In this document: piece by piece, positions 19,069 to 27,986 of the stretch
Position numbering within the stretch: position 1 is the first letter of the stretch
Layout of the letters: the number at the start of each line of letters is the position of its first letter
Source of the DNA: Alphaproteobacteria bacterium
GTDB taxonomy: Bacteria; Pseudomonadota; Alphaproteobacteria; UBA7887
Direction: 5' to 3'
NCBI GenBank assembly: GCA_047517485.1
Contig: JAKZSU010000050.1
Span: forward strand, 1-57,197
Length of the DNA: 57,197 bases
Made by a program: the position numbers and the translations under genes
Notes under the pieces: generated by a model
Seen by the model: only the letters and a program-made list of their open reading frames with translations
What the model was told of the DNA's origin: nothing
Database searches by the model: none

Positions 19069-20982
19069 ATGGACGTCGGTCTGACGACGCTGAACGAGAA
19101 GGATATCGCCAACTATCTCGCCACCGCGCAAGCGCTGGTGCAGCGCACCAATGTCACGGTGGCGGACGAGGACGCGCGGTCGAAATCGAAAATCGCCGGC
19201 ACTGGGCGTCGCTTCGTTTCCACCGTCTCGACCGGCGCGGTCCGGCGCACCATCGACGTCCGCGTCATCGACCGGATCAGCGCGGTCAGCGCCGACGATT
19301 CGATGCTGTCGCTGGCCCAGCACGGCCTCGCGTTCCGCTTGCGCCGCGGCATGGCGGTCGGTCTCGCGGTGCGCGACGTGTTCGCCCGGCGCACCGAACT
19401 CGAGGCACTGGCCGAGCGTAACAAGGCCTCGGCGCTCGCCGGCGACGACGCGGCGCTCTATCACGAACTGCAAGGCGCGACGGCGTTCGTCGCGCTGTTC
19501 GCGGCGGCGAGCTATCTGGTGCAGACGGTGGCGGGCGAGGCGGACGCGAACCAGGATCCCCCCGATCCGACGTTTGATTTCGACACTCCGCAGGATGCCT
19601 ACAAGAGCTTCCTCTATGGCCTCGACCAGACCCTAACCGACGTTGCCGACGACAGCCAGATGACGGCGCGGGCGCGGGCGTTCGCGCAAGCGGTGCTCGA
19701 GGGCCTGTTGTCGCGGCGCGCGCGCTTCCCCCGTCTCGCCGCGTTCGACGACGTCCATATCCGGCTCGACGCCGACGATTTCTCGCTGATCGGCTTCGAT
19801 ATCCAGCACCGGGTGCGCGCCAAGCCGCTGGTGATGACGTTCAAGAAACCGCACGAGGTGGTGGGCAATCACATCGCCAAATACCAGGCAATCAAGCTGT
19901 CGAAAATGCTCATGGCGTATGATTTCGACCGTGAAATGAACCCGTTCGTCGAACTCGGCGGCTTTCACTTCAGCTTCATCGGCGACGGCTTCCCCGGCAC
20001 CGGCAAGACCACCCTGATCCAGATGATCGCCGGCCTGATCAAGGACTATAGCGAGATCGCCGGCTACGCTTTCCATTACGAAAACTTTGGCGTCGATCAG
20101 GTGAACTCGTACCAGGGCAAATCGGGCCAGAACTGCAAGCAGTTCATCACCAATGTGACCGACCCTCGGGTCATCGGCTTCGGCACGGTCGACGATATCG
20201 ATCAAGTCGCCGCCAAACGCAGCGACGATCGTGCTTCGGCGGGGCAACACGAGATCACCGCGGTGCTGATGGAAAGCCTGTCCGGCACCAGCACGGTGGT
20301 GCGCGGCAATTGTTGCTTCGGCATGTTTTCCAATTATCCCGAGCACGTCGATGACGCGCTGCGCCAACGCGCCGGCGCGCGCTGGCTCGTCGACGGCCCG
20401 CAAACCCAAGCCGATTATGTCGATATCTTCGCCTTGCTCGCCGGCGACAATCATTCGATCCCGCTCGGAGATCACGACCTGTACGCGGCGCAGGAGATCA
20501 AGCGCGCGATCGAGGCCGCGTACGAGACCCACGACCGCCCCGAGGAAGACGAGCTCGCCAAGATCTACGACCGGGTGATCGGCGCCAACGGCGGTTTCGA
20601 GACCATGGCCGACATCGGCCGCTATCTCCACGCGATCAAGCAGGGCGAGTCGCGGTTTACCGGCCGCGCGATCAAGAACATCACCGACGCGATGAAAATG
20701 CGGGCGATGGATATCGAGCTGCCCGACGCGTGGTTCGAGACACCGGAGCCGTTTCTCCACAAGCCCTACGACGAGAAAGCGGCGATGATCGCCGAGCTGC
20801 GCGGCCCGATCACCCTGGACATGATGATCCAGGAGATCCACCGCTACGCCGATTCCGAATTCCGCTATACCAACAAATCCGACGACGCGGCGGTCGCCGA
20901 GATGATCCGCGATCAGCGCCTGCGCACGGCTGCGGCGAAAGAGATCCAGGCCTTGAAGGACGAAGGCCGATGGAACGACTGA
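19069..20982 (+). CDS. Classical-clade AAA+ ATPase with a long N-terminal domain
   Basis: Walker A GFPGTGKT, pore-loop-like NSYQGKSGQN, Walker B GTVDDIDQ, sensor/SRH FSNYPEHVDDALRQR, and helical lid FTGRAIKNI. Confidence 0.88.
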   Translation: MDVGLTTLNEKDIANYLATAQALVQRTNVTVADEDARSKSKIAGTGRRFVSTVSTGAVRRTIDVRVIDRISAVSADDSMLSLAQHGLAFRLRRGMAVGLAVRDVFARRTELEALAERNKASALAGDDAALYHELQGATAFVALFAAASYLVQTVAGEADANQDPPDPTFDFDTPQDAYKSFLYGLDQTLTDVADDSQMTARARAFAQAVLEGLLSRRARFPRLAAFDDVHIRLDADDFSLIGFDIQHRVRAKPLVMTFKKPHEVVGNHIAKYQAIKLSKMLMAYDFDREMNPFVELGGFHFSFIGDGFPGTGKTTLIQMIAGLIKDYSEIAGYAFHYENFGVDQVNSYQGKSGQNCKQFITNVTDPRVIGFGTVDDIDQVAAKRSDDRASAGQHEITAVLMESLSGTSTVVRGNCCFGMFSNYPEHVDDALRQRAGARWLVDGPQTQADYVDIFALLAGDNHSIPLGDHDLYAAQEIKRAIEAAYETHDRPEEDELAKIYDRVIGANGGFETMADIGRYLHAIKQGESRFTGRAIKNITDAMKMRAMDIELPDAWFETPEPFLHKPYDEKAAMIAELRGPITLDMMIQEIHRYADSEFRYTNKSDDAAVAEMIRDQRLRTAAAKEIQALKDEGRWND

Positions 20983-22304
20983 TCGAGGCCAAGCTGCTGC
21001 ATGGCGGCCTGATGCGCGTTCAAGAGCCGCATCTGATCGGCCGCTACAACGCCGCGCTCACCGCATTCGGCCTGCCGACGACCGAGCGCGCCTCGTTCTC
21101 GATCGACGCGACGGGCTATTCGCCGGAGATCGCCGCCGACCTCGAGGACGAGGATTATCTCGACACCCACGCGGTCAATCGGCGGTTCATCATTCTCAAC
21201 CCGGATCAGCAGAACCTGCCGATCGTGCATGTTCATTTTTCGTCGATCATCGATCATATGGCGGCATTCTTTCGTGACAATGCGAAGGCGCTGCACATGC
21301 TGACGCTCAAGGACGTGGTGTTCGGCGAAATCGAGGACGGCACCTACCGGGTCGATGGCATCGAAGACGTGCTGGCGATCCGCGAGGTCGAGTTTCGCGT
21401 GCGCACCGGCGACAATCTGATCACCTCGGCGCGCGAGCTCGAGGCACTGGTGACACGATTTCGCGCAGAGCACGACTCGTGGCAAAACGATGATCTGATC
21501 GCGGATATGCTCGGCCACGCACGCAAATGCGGCGATATTCGCCGCCTCGACATGGTGCCGCGGCAAACCCACTTCAGCCAGGGTTCGTTCTGGACCAAAC
21601 ACCTGGGCGGCATCTATGTCTTCCACGAAACGCACGATGACGACGATGACGATGACGATAATGACGGCGCCACCGTGCTCGGCTGGACCAAGCGGCCGAA
21701 ATTCGCCCGCGAGACCGATGCCATCGCGCGCTACATAGCGCTGAGTTCGGTGGGCTCGGTCTATCGCTTCCTGACCGCGGCGCATTGCGTCGAGACCGTC
21801 TCCGTCGATTGGCTGCGCGGCACCCGGCTGCTGGAAAAACGCATCGACTATCTGGTGCGCGCGGCGATCGCCCGATCGGACCCCGAAATCGACCTGGTGG
21901 CGATGCGACGGCCGGCGGTCAACACGTGGATTCACGCCAATCTCGACGCGTTGGCGGAGGACAGCCTGTTCCCCGCCCTGACCGAGCTCCGCCGCGCCGT
22001 GATGTCACAGAAAAAGATCGCCATCAGCCGGGTGCCCGGCGCGCTCAAATTTACCTTCCTGCGCGCCCATCCCGATCATCCCGACCGCGAGGTGATCAAC
22101 CGCCTGATCTCGGAATATGTGCCGTTCGATTTCGTCACCCGCTACGCGGTCAATCGCGAGGCGTTCTATCGCGACTACGAAACCTACCCCGAGAACCTGA
22201 AACAGTTCGTCATCCATACCTTGACGAGCGACGACCTCAAGGAGGCTCGCACCACGCGCGCCCAACTGTTCGGGGAGGCGCCGGTTTGGCACGGGTCGCA
22301 TTGA
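20970..22304 (+). CDS. DUF6638-like protein; start ATG 20970 (overlaps the ATPase stop)
   Basis: MERLIEAKLLHG...EPHLIGRYN...IDATGYSPEIA...NRRFIIL N-terminus recalled for DUF6638; internal poly-Asp loop. Confidence 0.7.
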   Translation: MERLIEAKLLHGGLMRVQEPHLIGRYNAALTAFGLPTTERASFSIDATGYSPEIAADLEDEDYLDTHAVNRRFIILNPDQQNLPIVHVHFSSIIDHMAAFFRDNAKALHMLTLKDVVFGEIEDGTYRVDGIEDVLAIREVEFRVRTGDNLITSARELEALVTRFRAEHDSWQNDDLIADMLGHARKCGDIRRLDMVPRQTHFSQGSFWTKHLGGIYVFHETHDDDDDDDDNDGATVLGWTKRPKFARETDAIARYIALSSVGSVYRFLTAAHCVETVSVDWLRGTRLLEKRIDYLVRAAIARSDPEIDLVAMRRPAVNTWIHANLDALAEDSLFPALTELRRAVMSQKKIAISRVPGALKFTFLRAHPDHPDREVINRLISEYVPFDFVTRYAVNREAFYRDYETYPENLKQFVIHTLTSDDLKEARTTRAQLFGEAPVWHGSH

Positions 22305-22325
22305 GGCACCGCAAACCCATCGGAG

Positions 22326-23471
22326 GTGGCGACCGTGCTTGATCCGATTTTCGAATGGCTGGGAAGACTGTTCGCCTCGCTGGGCGCCGCGGTGCGGGCG
22401 CTGGTGCGGGCGCTTACGGCGCCGTTTCGCAAAACCTGGGCCGCCTACCAACGGTCAAGCCGCGTCCTGCGTTACCTGATCGGCTTGATGATCCTGCCGT
22501 GGATCGTGTTCTACGCCTTGTTCATTTGGCATGCGGCGTGGATCCGTGGCTTCGACCTGGACTACGCCGATCGCCTGAGCGAGCGGCGCCCGAGCGTCGC
22601 CGCCGGCGAGCAAGTCGCGGTCGAAGGCGGGGCCAGCACGACCCGGACCTGCGCGCCCTCGGCGATCGTCGATGCCACCACCTATATCATCGATCTCAAC
22701 GTCAACCAGAACAAATGGATGTCGAGCCATCCGCTCTACAAGGCGGGGCTGTTTTGGTTGATCGAATGGGACGACACTTGGTTTCTCGATAATAAGGCGG
22801 CGTTTCAGCGCGGCGCGCATCAGGCCGCGTCACGCACCGCGGTTGAACTCGCGGACGTGCTCGGACGGGTGCGCGGCACCTCCGAGATCGATCCCGACCT
22901 GAAGATCGCCAAGGGCAACACCCAGTTCGATCAATACACTTGGTATTTTAACCCCTTCGATTCTCAGCCATTTGGCCCAACGACGCCGAGCCCGACCTAT
23001 TACCATAACGCGCTCGACTCTTTGCACGCCTACAACGCGCGACTGGCGGCGTGCGACGCGACGTTCGACGCCCGTACCGACAATCTGCTGCAGTTCCTCG
23101 ACCGTATCGCCAAGGACATCGGCTCGACCTCCGCCGCGATCAAGGACCGCGCCGAACAATACGACTCCGGCTGGTTCGATACCCGCGCCGACGATATCTT
23201 CATGCACGCGCGCGGCCAGCTCTACGCCTATTACGGTATCTTGCGCGCCGCCCGCGCCGATTTCGTCGATATCGTCGAAGAGAAAAAGTTGGACGATATC
23301 TGGGACCTGATGGACGCGCATCTGAAGAGCGCGATCGCGCTCGAGCCAGCCATCGTCTCGAACGGCGCCGAGGATGGCTGGCTGATGCCGACCCATCTCA
23401 CCAACATCGGATTCTACATTCTCCGCGCGCGCTCGAATCTGGTCGAGATCCGTTCGGTGATCGATCGTTAA
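22326..23471 (+). CDS. DUF2333-like membrane-anchored periplasmic protein (start probably GTG 22335)
   Basis: N-terminal amphipathic helix plus one TM; WFLDNKAAFQRG, FDARTDNL, GWFDTRADD, GQLYAYYG and PTHL...GFYILRAR motifs. Confidence 0.75.
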   Translation: MATVLDPIFEWLGRLFASLGAAVRALVRALTAPFRKTWAAYQRSSRVLRYLIGLMILPWIVFYALFIWHAAWIRGFDLDYADRLSERRPSVAAGEQVAVEGGASTTRTCAPSAIVDATTYIIDLNVNQNKWMSSHPLYKAGLFWLIEWDDTWFLDNKAAFQRGAHQAASRTAVELADVLGRVRGTSEIDPDLKIAKGNTQFDQYTWYFNPFDSQPFGPTTPSPTYYHNALDSLHAYNARLAACDATFDARTDNLLQFLDRIAKDIGSTSAAIKDRAEQYDSGWFDTRADDIFMHARGQLYAYYGILRAARADFVDIVEEKKLDDIWDLMDAHLKSAIALEPAIVSNGAEDGWLMPTHLTNIGFYILRARSNLVEIRSVIDR

Positions 23472-23474
23472 ACC

Positions 23475-24953
23475 ATGCCAATGATTTTGGCGATCGACCA
23501 GGGGACGACGAGCAGCCGGGCGATCGTCTTCGACGCCGACGGAGCGATCGTCGCCGCGCGCCAAGCCGAGTTCCCGCAACATTTTCCCGACACCGGATGG
23601 GTCGAGCATGATCCGGAGGATCTCTGGCGCACCACGCTTGAAGTCGCGCAACAGGCGCTCGCCGAAGCGGAAAAGACGGACGAACGGGTCGCCGCGATCG
23701 GCATCGCCAATCAACGCGAGACCACGCTGGTCTGGGACCGCGCGACCGGCGCGCCAATCCACAACGCGATCGTCTGGCAGGACCGGCGCACCGCCGACGT
23801 TTGCAAACGCTTGTCGGACGCGGGCGCGGAAGCGGAGGTGCGCGCGTCTACCGGGCTGCTGCTCGATCCCTATTTCTCGGCCACCAAAATCGCCTGGATT
23901 CTCGACCATGTCGACGGCGCGCGGGCACGCGCGAGCCGTGGTGAGCTGGCATTTGGTACCGTCGACTCTTTTCTGCTCTGGCGCCTCACCGGCGGCCAAT
24001 CGCATCTCACCGACGCGACCAACGCGAGCCGCACCAGCTTGTTCAATATCCACCACCAGGCCTGGGACGACGAACTGTTGCGGCTGTTCGAGGTGCCCGC
24101 CACCTGCCTCCCCGAGGTCCGCGACTGTGCTTCGAACTTTGGCGAGACCGACCCAGAACTGTTCGGCCGCGCGATCCCAATCCTTGGCATCGCCGGCGAT
24201 CAGCAAGCGGCGGCGATCGGCCAATCGTGCTTGGCGCCCGGCGCGATCAAAAGCACCTACGGCACCGGCTGTTTCGTCCTGGTCAATACCGGTGATCAGG
24301 CGGTGGTCTCAAGCAACCGGCTGTTGACCACGGTGGCTTATCGCCTCGACAGTAAAACCACCTACGCCATGGAAGGCTCGATTTTTACCGCCGGCGCGGC
24401 GGTACAATGGCTGCGCGATCAACTCGGCATCGTCGACAGCGCGGCGGAAACAGAAATCCTCGCGCGCTCGATCGCCGACACCGGCGGGGTCTATTTGGTC
24501 CCCGCGTTCACCGGGCTCGGCGCGCCGCATTGGGACTCGAGCGCCCGCGGCACCCTGGTCGGCCTGACCCGCGCCACCGGACGCGCCGAGCTCGCCCGCG
24601 CCGCGCTCGAAGCGGTGTGTTATCAGACCGCAGATCTGCTGCGCGCGATGGCCGACGACGGCGTCACCCCGACCGCGCTCAGGGTCGACGGCGGCATGGT
24701 GGCGAACGATTGGCTGCTGCAATATCTCGCCGACATTCTCGATCTGCCGGTCGATCGGCCGGCGATCATGGAAACCACCGCGCTCGGCGCCGCGACCCTG
24801 GCCGGATTGGGCGCCGGCCTCTACGACTCGGTCGACGACGTCGCGCGCCGCTGGCAGCGCGAGGTGCGCTTCGAACCGGCAATGGACGCCGCGACACGAG
24901 AAGTGCGGCTGGCGGGCTGGCAAGACGCGCTGCAACGGACGTTGAGCGGATAG
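23475..24953 (+). CDS. glpK: Glycerol kinase
   Basis: [51 protein letters not shown] and RVDGG motifs. Confidence 0.95.
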   Translation: MPMILAIDQGTTSSRAIVFDADGAIVAARQAEFPQHFPDTGWVEHDPEDLWRTTLEVAQQALAEAEKTDERVAAIGIANQRETTLVWDRATGAPIHNAIVWQDRRTADVCKRLSDAGAEAEVRASTGLLLDPYFSATKIAWILDHVDGARARASRGELAFGTVDSFLLWRLTGGQSHLTDATNASRTSLFNIHHQAWDDELLRLFEVPATCLPEVRDCASNFGETDPELFGRAIPILGIAGDQQAAAIGQSCLAPGAIKSTYGTGCFVLVNTGDQAVVSSNRLLTTVAYRLDSKTTYAMEGSIFTAGAAVQWLRDQLGIVDSAAETEILARSIADTGGVYLVPAFTGLGAPHWDSSARGTLVGLTRATGRAELARAALEAVCYQTADLLRAMADDGVTPTALRVDGGMVANDWLLQYLADILDLPVDRPAIMETTALGAATLAGLGAGLYDSVDDVARRWQREVRFEPAMDAATREVRLAGWQDALQRTLSG

Positions 24954-24958
24954 GCGCC

Positions 24959-26740
24959 ATGAAACTCGCCTCGCTGCGCGACATATTCGGTATCGATCTC
25001 AGGACGCTGGCGCTGTTCCGGGTCCTGCTCGGCGGCTTTCTCATCCTCGATCTGGCGCTCCGCGCGCGCGATATCAACGCGCATTACACCGATTTCGGCA
25101 TCATGCCGCGCGGTGTATTGATCCCCTATCTGTCGCCGGGCTCGTTCTCGCTTCACATGTTGAACGGCACGGCGGCGTTCCAAGTCGCGCTGTTCGTGCT
25201 CGCCGGGATTTTCGCGTTGATGCTGATCGCCGGGTGGCGGACACGCCTCGCCACCTTCGCGAGTTGGGTGCTTTTGCTCTCGCTGCAGAATCGCAACACC
25301 CAGATCCTGTCCGGCGAGGACAATCTGGTCATGCTGTTGCTGTTCTGGGCCCTGTTCCTGCCGCTGGGGGCGCGATACTCGGTCGACTCAGCGCTCGACA
25401 AGACCAGTTCGGCGGTGGCCAACGGGTATCTCTCGGTCGCCACCTTTGCCCTGCTGATCCAGGGCATGTCGGTGTATTTCTTCAGCGCGTTGCTGAAATC
25501 GGACGCGATGTGGATCCCCGACGGCACCGCGGTCTATTACGCGCTTCACCTCGACTATCTGGTCACCCCGTTCGGGTTGTGGTTCCGCCAGTTCGAATCC
25601 CTGTTGCCCGGCCTGACCTACGGTGTTTGGGCTTTGGAGTTGATCGGCCCGATTCTGATCTTTTCGCCGCTCCTCCAACGACCGCTGCGCGCCGCGATCA
25701 TGGCCGCCTTCATCGCCTTCCATATCGGCCTGTTCCTGTGTCTCGAGATCGGCATTTTCCCGCTGATCTCGATCATCATGAACCTGACCTTCATGCGCGG
25801 CTGGATGTGGGCTCGCCTGGCCAAGGCGTTGCGACGCGACGCGCAAGACAGCTTGGCGATCTGGTACGATCGGGACTGCGACTTCTGCCTCAAGACCGGC
25901 CGGCTGCTGCGAACCTTCCTGTTTCTCGACCGCGTACCGTTGGCGCCGGCGCAGGACGATCCCCGCATCGGCGCGCTGTTGTCGGCGCACAACAGCTGGG
26001 TGGTCACCAGCGGTGACGGCGCTACCCTCAAATGGGACGCGTTGTGCCGCGTCGTCGCCGCGTCGCCGGTGTTCTGGCCGCTGGCGACCGTGCTGTCGTG
26101 GCGCCCGTTGGCGGCGTTCGGCGATCGCGTCTACGCCTGGGTCGCCGACAACCGGCCGCGCCTGGCGGCGGTTAGCGATCGGTTTCTCCCCTGGCGATCC
26201 CGGCGCATCCGACCGACCATCGTCGGCAGCCTGCTCGCCACCGCGTTTCTCGCCTTCATCACGGTGCAAAACGTCTCGACCGTGCCGGCCACCGCGTTCC
26301 GCTTGCCCAAGACGTTCACCGTCGTCCGCCAGTACTTCGGCCTCTATCAATACTGGACCATGTTCGCGCCGCACCCCGACGTCGTCAGCCCGTGGCCGAT
26401 CATCGAGGGTACGCTCAAGGACGGCACCATCGTCGATGTCTTCAACCGCAAACCCGGCGCGCCGAGCTTCGCCAGGCCCGAAATCGTCTCGGCGGTCTAT
26501 GCTAACTATCGCTGGCGCAAGTACCTGTCGAATCTCGAGGACCAAACCACTCCCACCCGAAAACAACTCCTGGCGATCAATTATTCGAAATACCTCTGCC
26601 GCCTGTGGAACACCGACACCCCACGCCAACACCGGCTGCGGATCCTGACGATCACTTTCAACGTCGAGGAAACCCCGCCGCCCGGGGAGACTAGGCACGT
26701 CGAGACTCGCGATGTCTGGACCCACGATTGCTTCAAATAA
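24959..26740 (+). CDS. HTTM-domain membrane protein with an inserted DCC1-like (DUF393) thiol-disulfide oxidoreductase domain; start ATG 24959
   Basis: Multi-TM HTTM motifs (YTDFGIMPR, QNRN, YFFSALLK, FHIG...IGIFP), a central IWYDRDCDFC (DxxCxxC), and C-terminal QYWTMFAP / RWRKY. Confidence 0.78.
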   Translation: MKLASLRDIFGIDLRTLALFRVLLGGFLILDLALRARDINAHYTDFGIMPRGVLIPYLSPGSFSLHMLNGTAAFQVALFVLAGIFALMLIAGWRTRLATFASWVLLLSLQNRNTQILSGEDNLVMLLLFWALFLPLGARYSVDSALDKTSSAVANGYLSVATFALLIQGMSVYFFSALLKSDAMWIPDGTAVYYALHLDYLVTPFGLWFRQFESLLPGLTYGVWALELIGPILIFSPLLQRPLRAAIMAAFIAFHIGLFLCLEIGIFPLISIIMNLTFMRGWMWARLAKALRRDAQDSLAIWYDRDCDFCLKTGRLLRTFLFLDRVPLAPAQDDPRIGALLSAHNSWVVTSGDGATLKWDALCRVVAASPVFWPLATVLSWRPLAAFGDRVYAWVADNRPRLAAVSDRFLPWRSRRIRPTIVGSLLATAFLAFITVQNVSTVPATAFRLPKTFTVVRQYFGLYQYWTMFAPHPDVVSPWPIIEGTLKDGTIVDVFNRKPGAPSFARPEIVSAVYANYRWRKYLSNLEDQTTPTRKQLLAINYSKYLCRLWNTDTPRQHRLRILTITFNVEETPPPGETRHVETRDVWTHDCFK

Positions 26741-26754
26741 ACACCGAAGCGGTG

Positions 26755-26841
26755 TGGTGCCCCCAGTCGGACTCGAACCGACACTCTGTTGCCAGAACTG
26801 GATTTTGAATCCAGCGCGTCTACCAATTCCGCCACAGGGGC
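26755..26841 (-). tRNA. tRNA-Leu(CAA)
   Basis: Reverse complement GCCCCTGTGGCGGAATTGGTAGACGCGCTGGATTCAAAATCCAGTTCTGGCAACAGAGTGTCGGTTCGAGTCCGACTGGGGGCACCA: anticodon CAA, long variable arm, TTCGA T-loop, encoded CCA. Confidence 0.97.
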
Positions 26842-26981
26842 CCGTGGTCGCGCGGCGGTGACTTGACCGGCGCGGTTTAGCGGCTCGGATCATAGTCGCC
26901 GGCGCTCGCGGGTCAACCGGTTCCCTTCGGCGCGCGAGTCCTCTAAACAGCATCCGCAATCAGGGCTACACGGAGGGATCC

Positions 26982-27923
26982 ATGCCGGTGCACCCACACT
27001 GCCAGGCGGTGCTCGATGCCGCGGCCGCGGGCGGGACCGCGTTCGACACGCGCGATCCGATCGAGGCGCGGGCGCGGTACGAGGCCGGAACCGCCGCCTT
27101 CGCGCCGCCGACCCCGGCGCTCGATCATGTCGTCGAGGACATGCTCGACGGCCCGGCGGGGCCGTTGCCGATCCGGGTTTACCGGCCCCGGACCGACACG
27201 GTCGGCGCCCTGCCGGTCACCGTGTTTTTCCATGGCGGCGGTTGGGTTTTTGGCAGTATCGCCAGTCATGATCACATGGCACGCCAGCTCGCTCACGGCA
27301 GCGGCTCGCTGGTGATCTCGGTCGACTATCGCCTGGCGCCGGAACATCCCTTCCCGGCCGCCTATGACGACTGCCTGGCGGCGACCCGCCATTCGCTCGG
27401 ACACGCAGGCGACTTGGGCGGCGATCCGACGCGGCTCGGGGTCGCCGGCGACAGTGCCGGCGGCAATCTGGCGGCGGCGGTCTGCCTCGGCTTACGCGAC
27501 GCGGGCGGGCCCCAGCCGGTGTTTCAGCTGTTGATCTATCCGGCGGTCGATCTCGCCTGCGAAAGTCCGTCGCACACGGAACTCGGCGAGGGCTATCTGC
27601 TCACCGCCCAAGGCATTGATTCTTGCGTCTCGGCCTATCTCGGCGCCGATCGCGCCGCCGTCGGCGACTGGCGCGCCTCGCCGCTTAAAGCGCCCAGCTT
27701 GGCCTCCCTCCCGCCGGCGCTGGTGCAGACCGCCGAATTCGACCCGCTCAAGGACGAGGGCCGCGCCTATGCCGAGGCGCTGGAGCGTGCCGGGGTCGCG
27801 GTGACCCATACGCCCTACGCCGGGATGATCCACGGATTCGCCCGCATGGGCGCGCCGGTCAATACCGCCGGCGCGGCGCTCGACGAAGGCGCGGCGGCGC
27901 TGAAACGCGCGTTCAACACTTGA
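26982..27923 (+). CDS. HSL-family alpha/beta hydrolase (esterase/lipase)
   Basis: HGGGW, VDYRLAPEHPFPAA, GDSAGGNL, EFDPL and HGF motifs. Confidence 0.92.
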   Translation: MPVHPHCQAVLDAAAAGGTAFDTRDPIEARARYEAGTAAFAPPTPALDHVVEDMLDGPAGPLPIRVYRPRTDTVGALPVTVFFHGGGWVFGSIASHDHMARQLAHGSGSLVISVDYRLAPEHPFPAAYDDCLAATRHSLGHAGDLGGDPTRLGVAGDSAGGNLAAAVCLGLRDAGGPQPVFQLLIYPAVDLACESPSHTELGEGYLLTAQGIDSCVSAYLGADRAAVGDWRASPLKAPSLASLPPALVQTAEFDPLKDEGRAYAEALERAGVAVTHTPYAGMIHGFARMGAPVNTAGAALDEGAAALKRAFNT

Positions 27924-27949
27924 ATCGCGGGCCTGCGCTCCACACATCT
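27919..27949 (+). promoter_or_regulatory. RpoH-type promoter of htpG
   Basis: CTTGAA at 27919-27924 followed after 16 nt by CACACATCT; htpG is a canonical RpoH target. Confidence 0.5.
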
Positions 27950-27986
27950 CGCGCGGGCCAAAGATATTCAGGGGATCAATCCAGCG

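Noticed and set aside
26755-26841. tRNA-Leu as the attachment site of an island carrying the AAA operon
   Set aside because: No integrase, no duplicated tRNA 3' end seen by eye, and no compositional shift.
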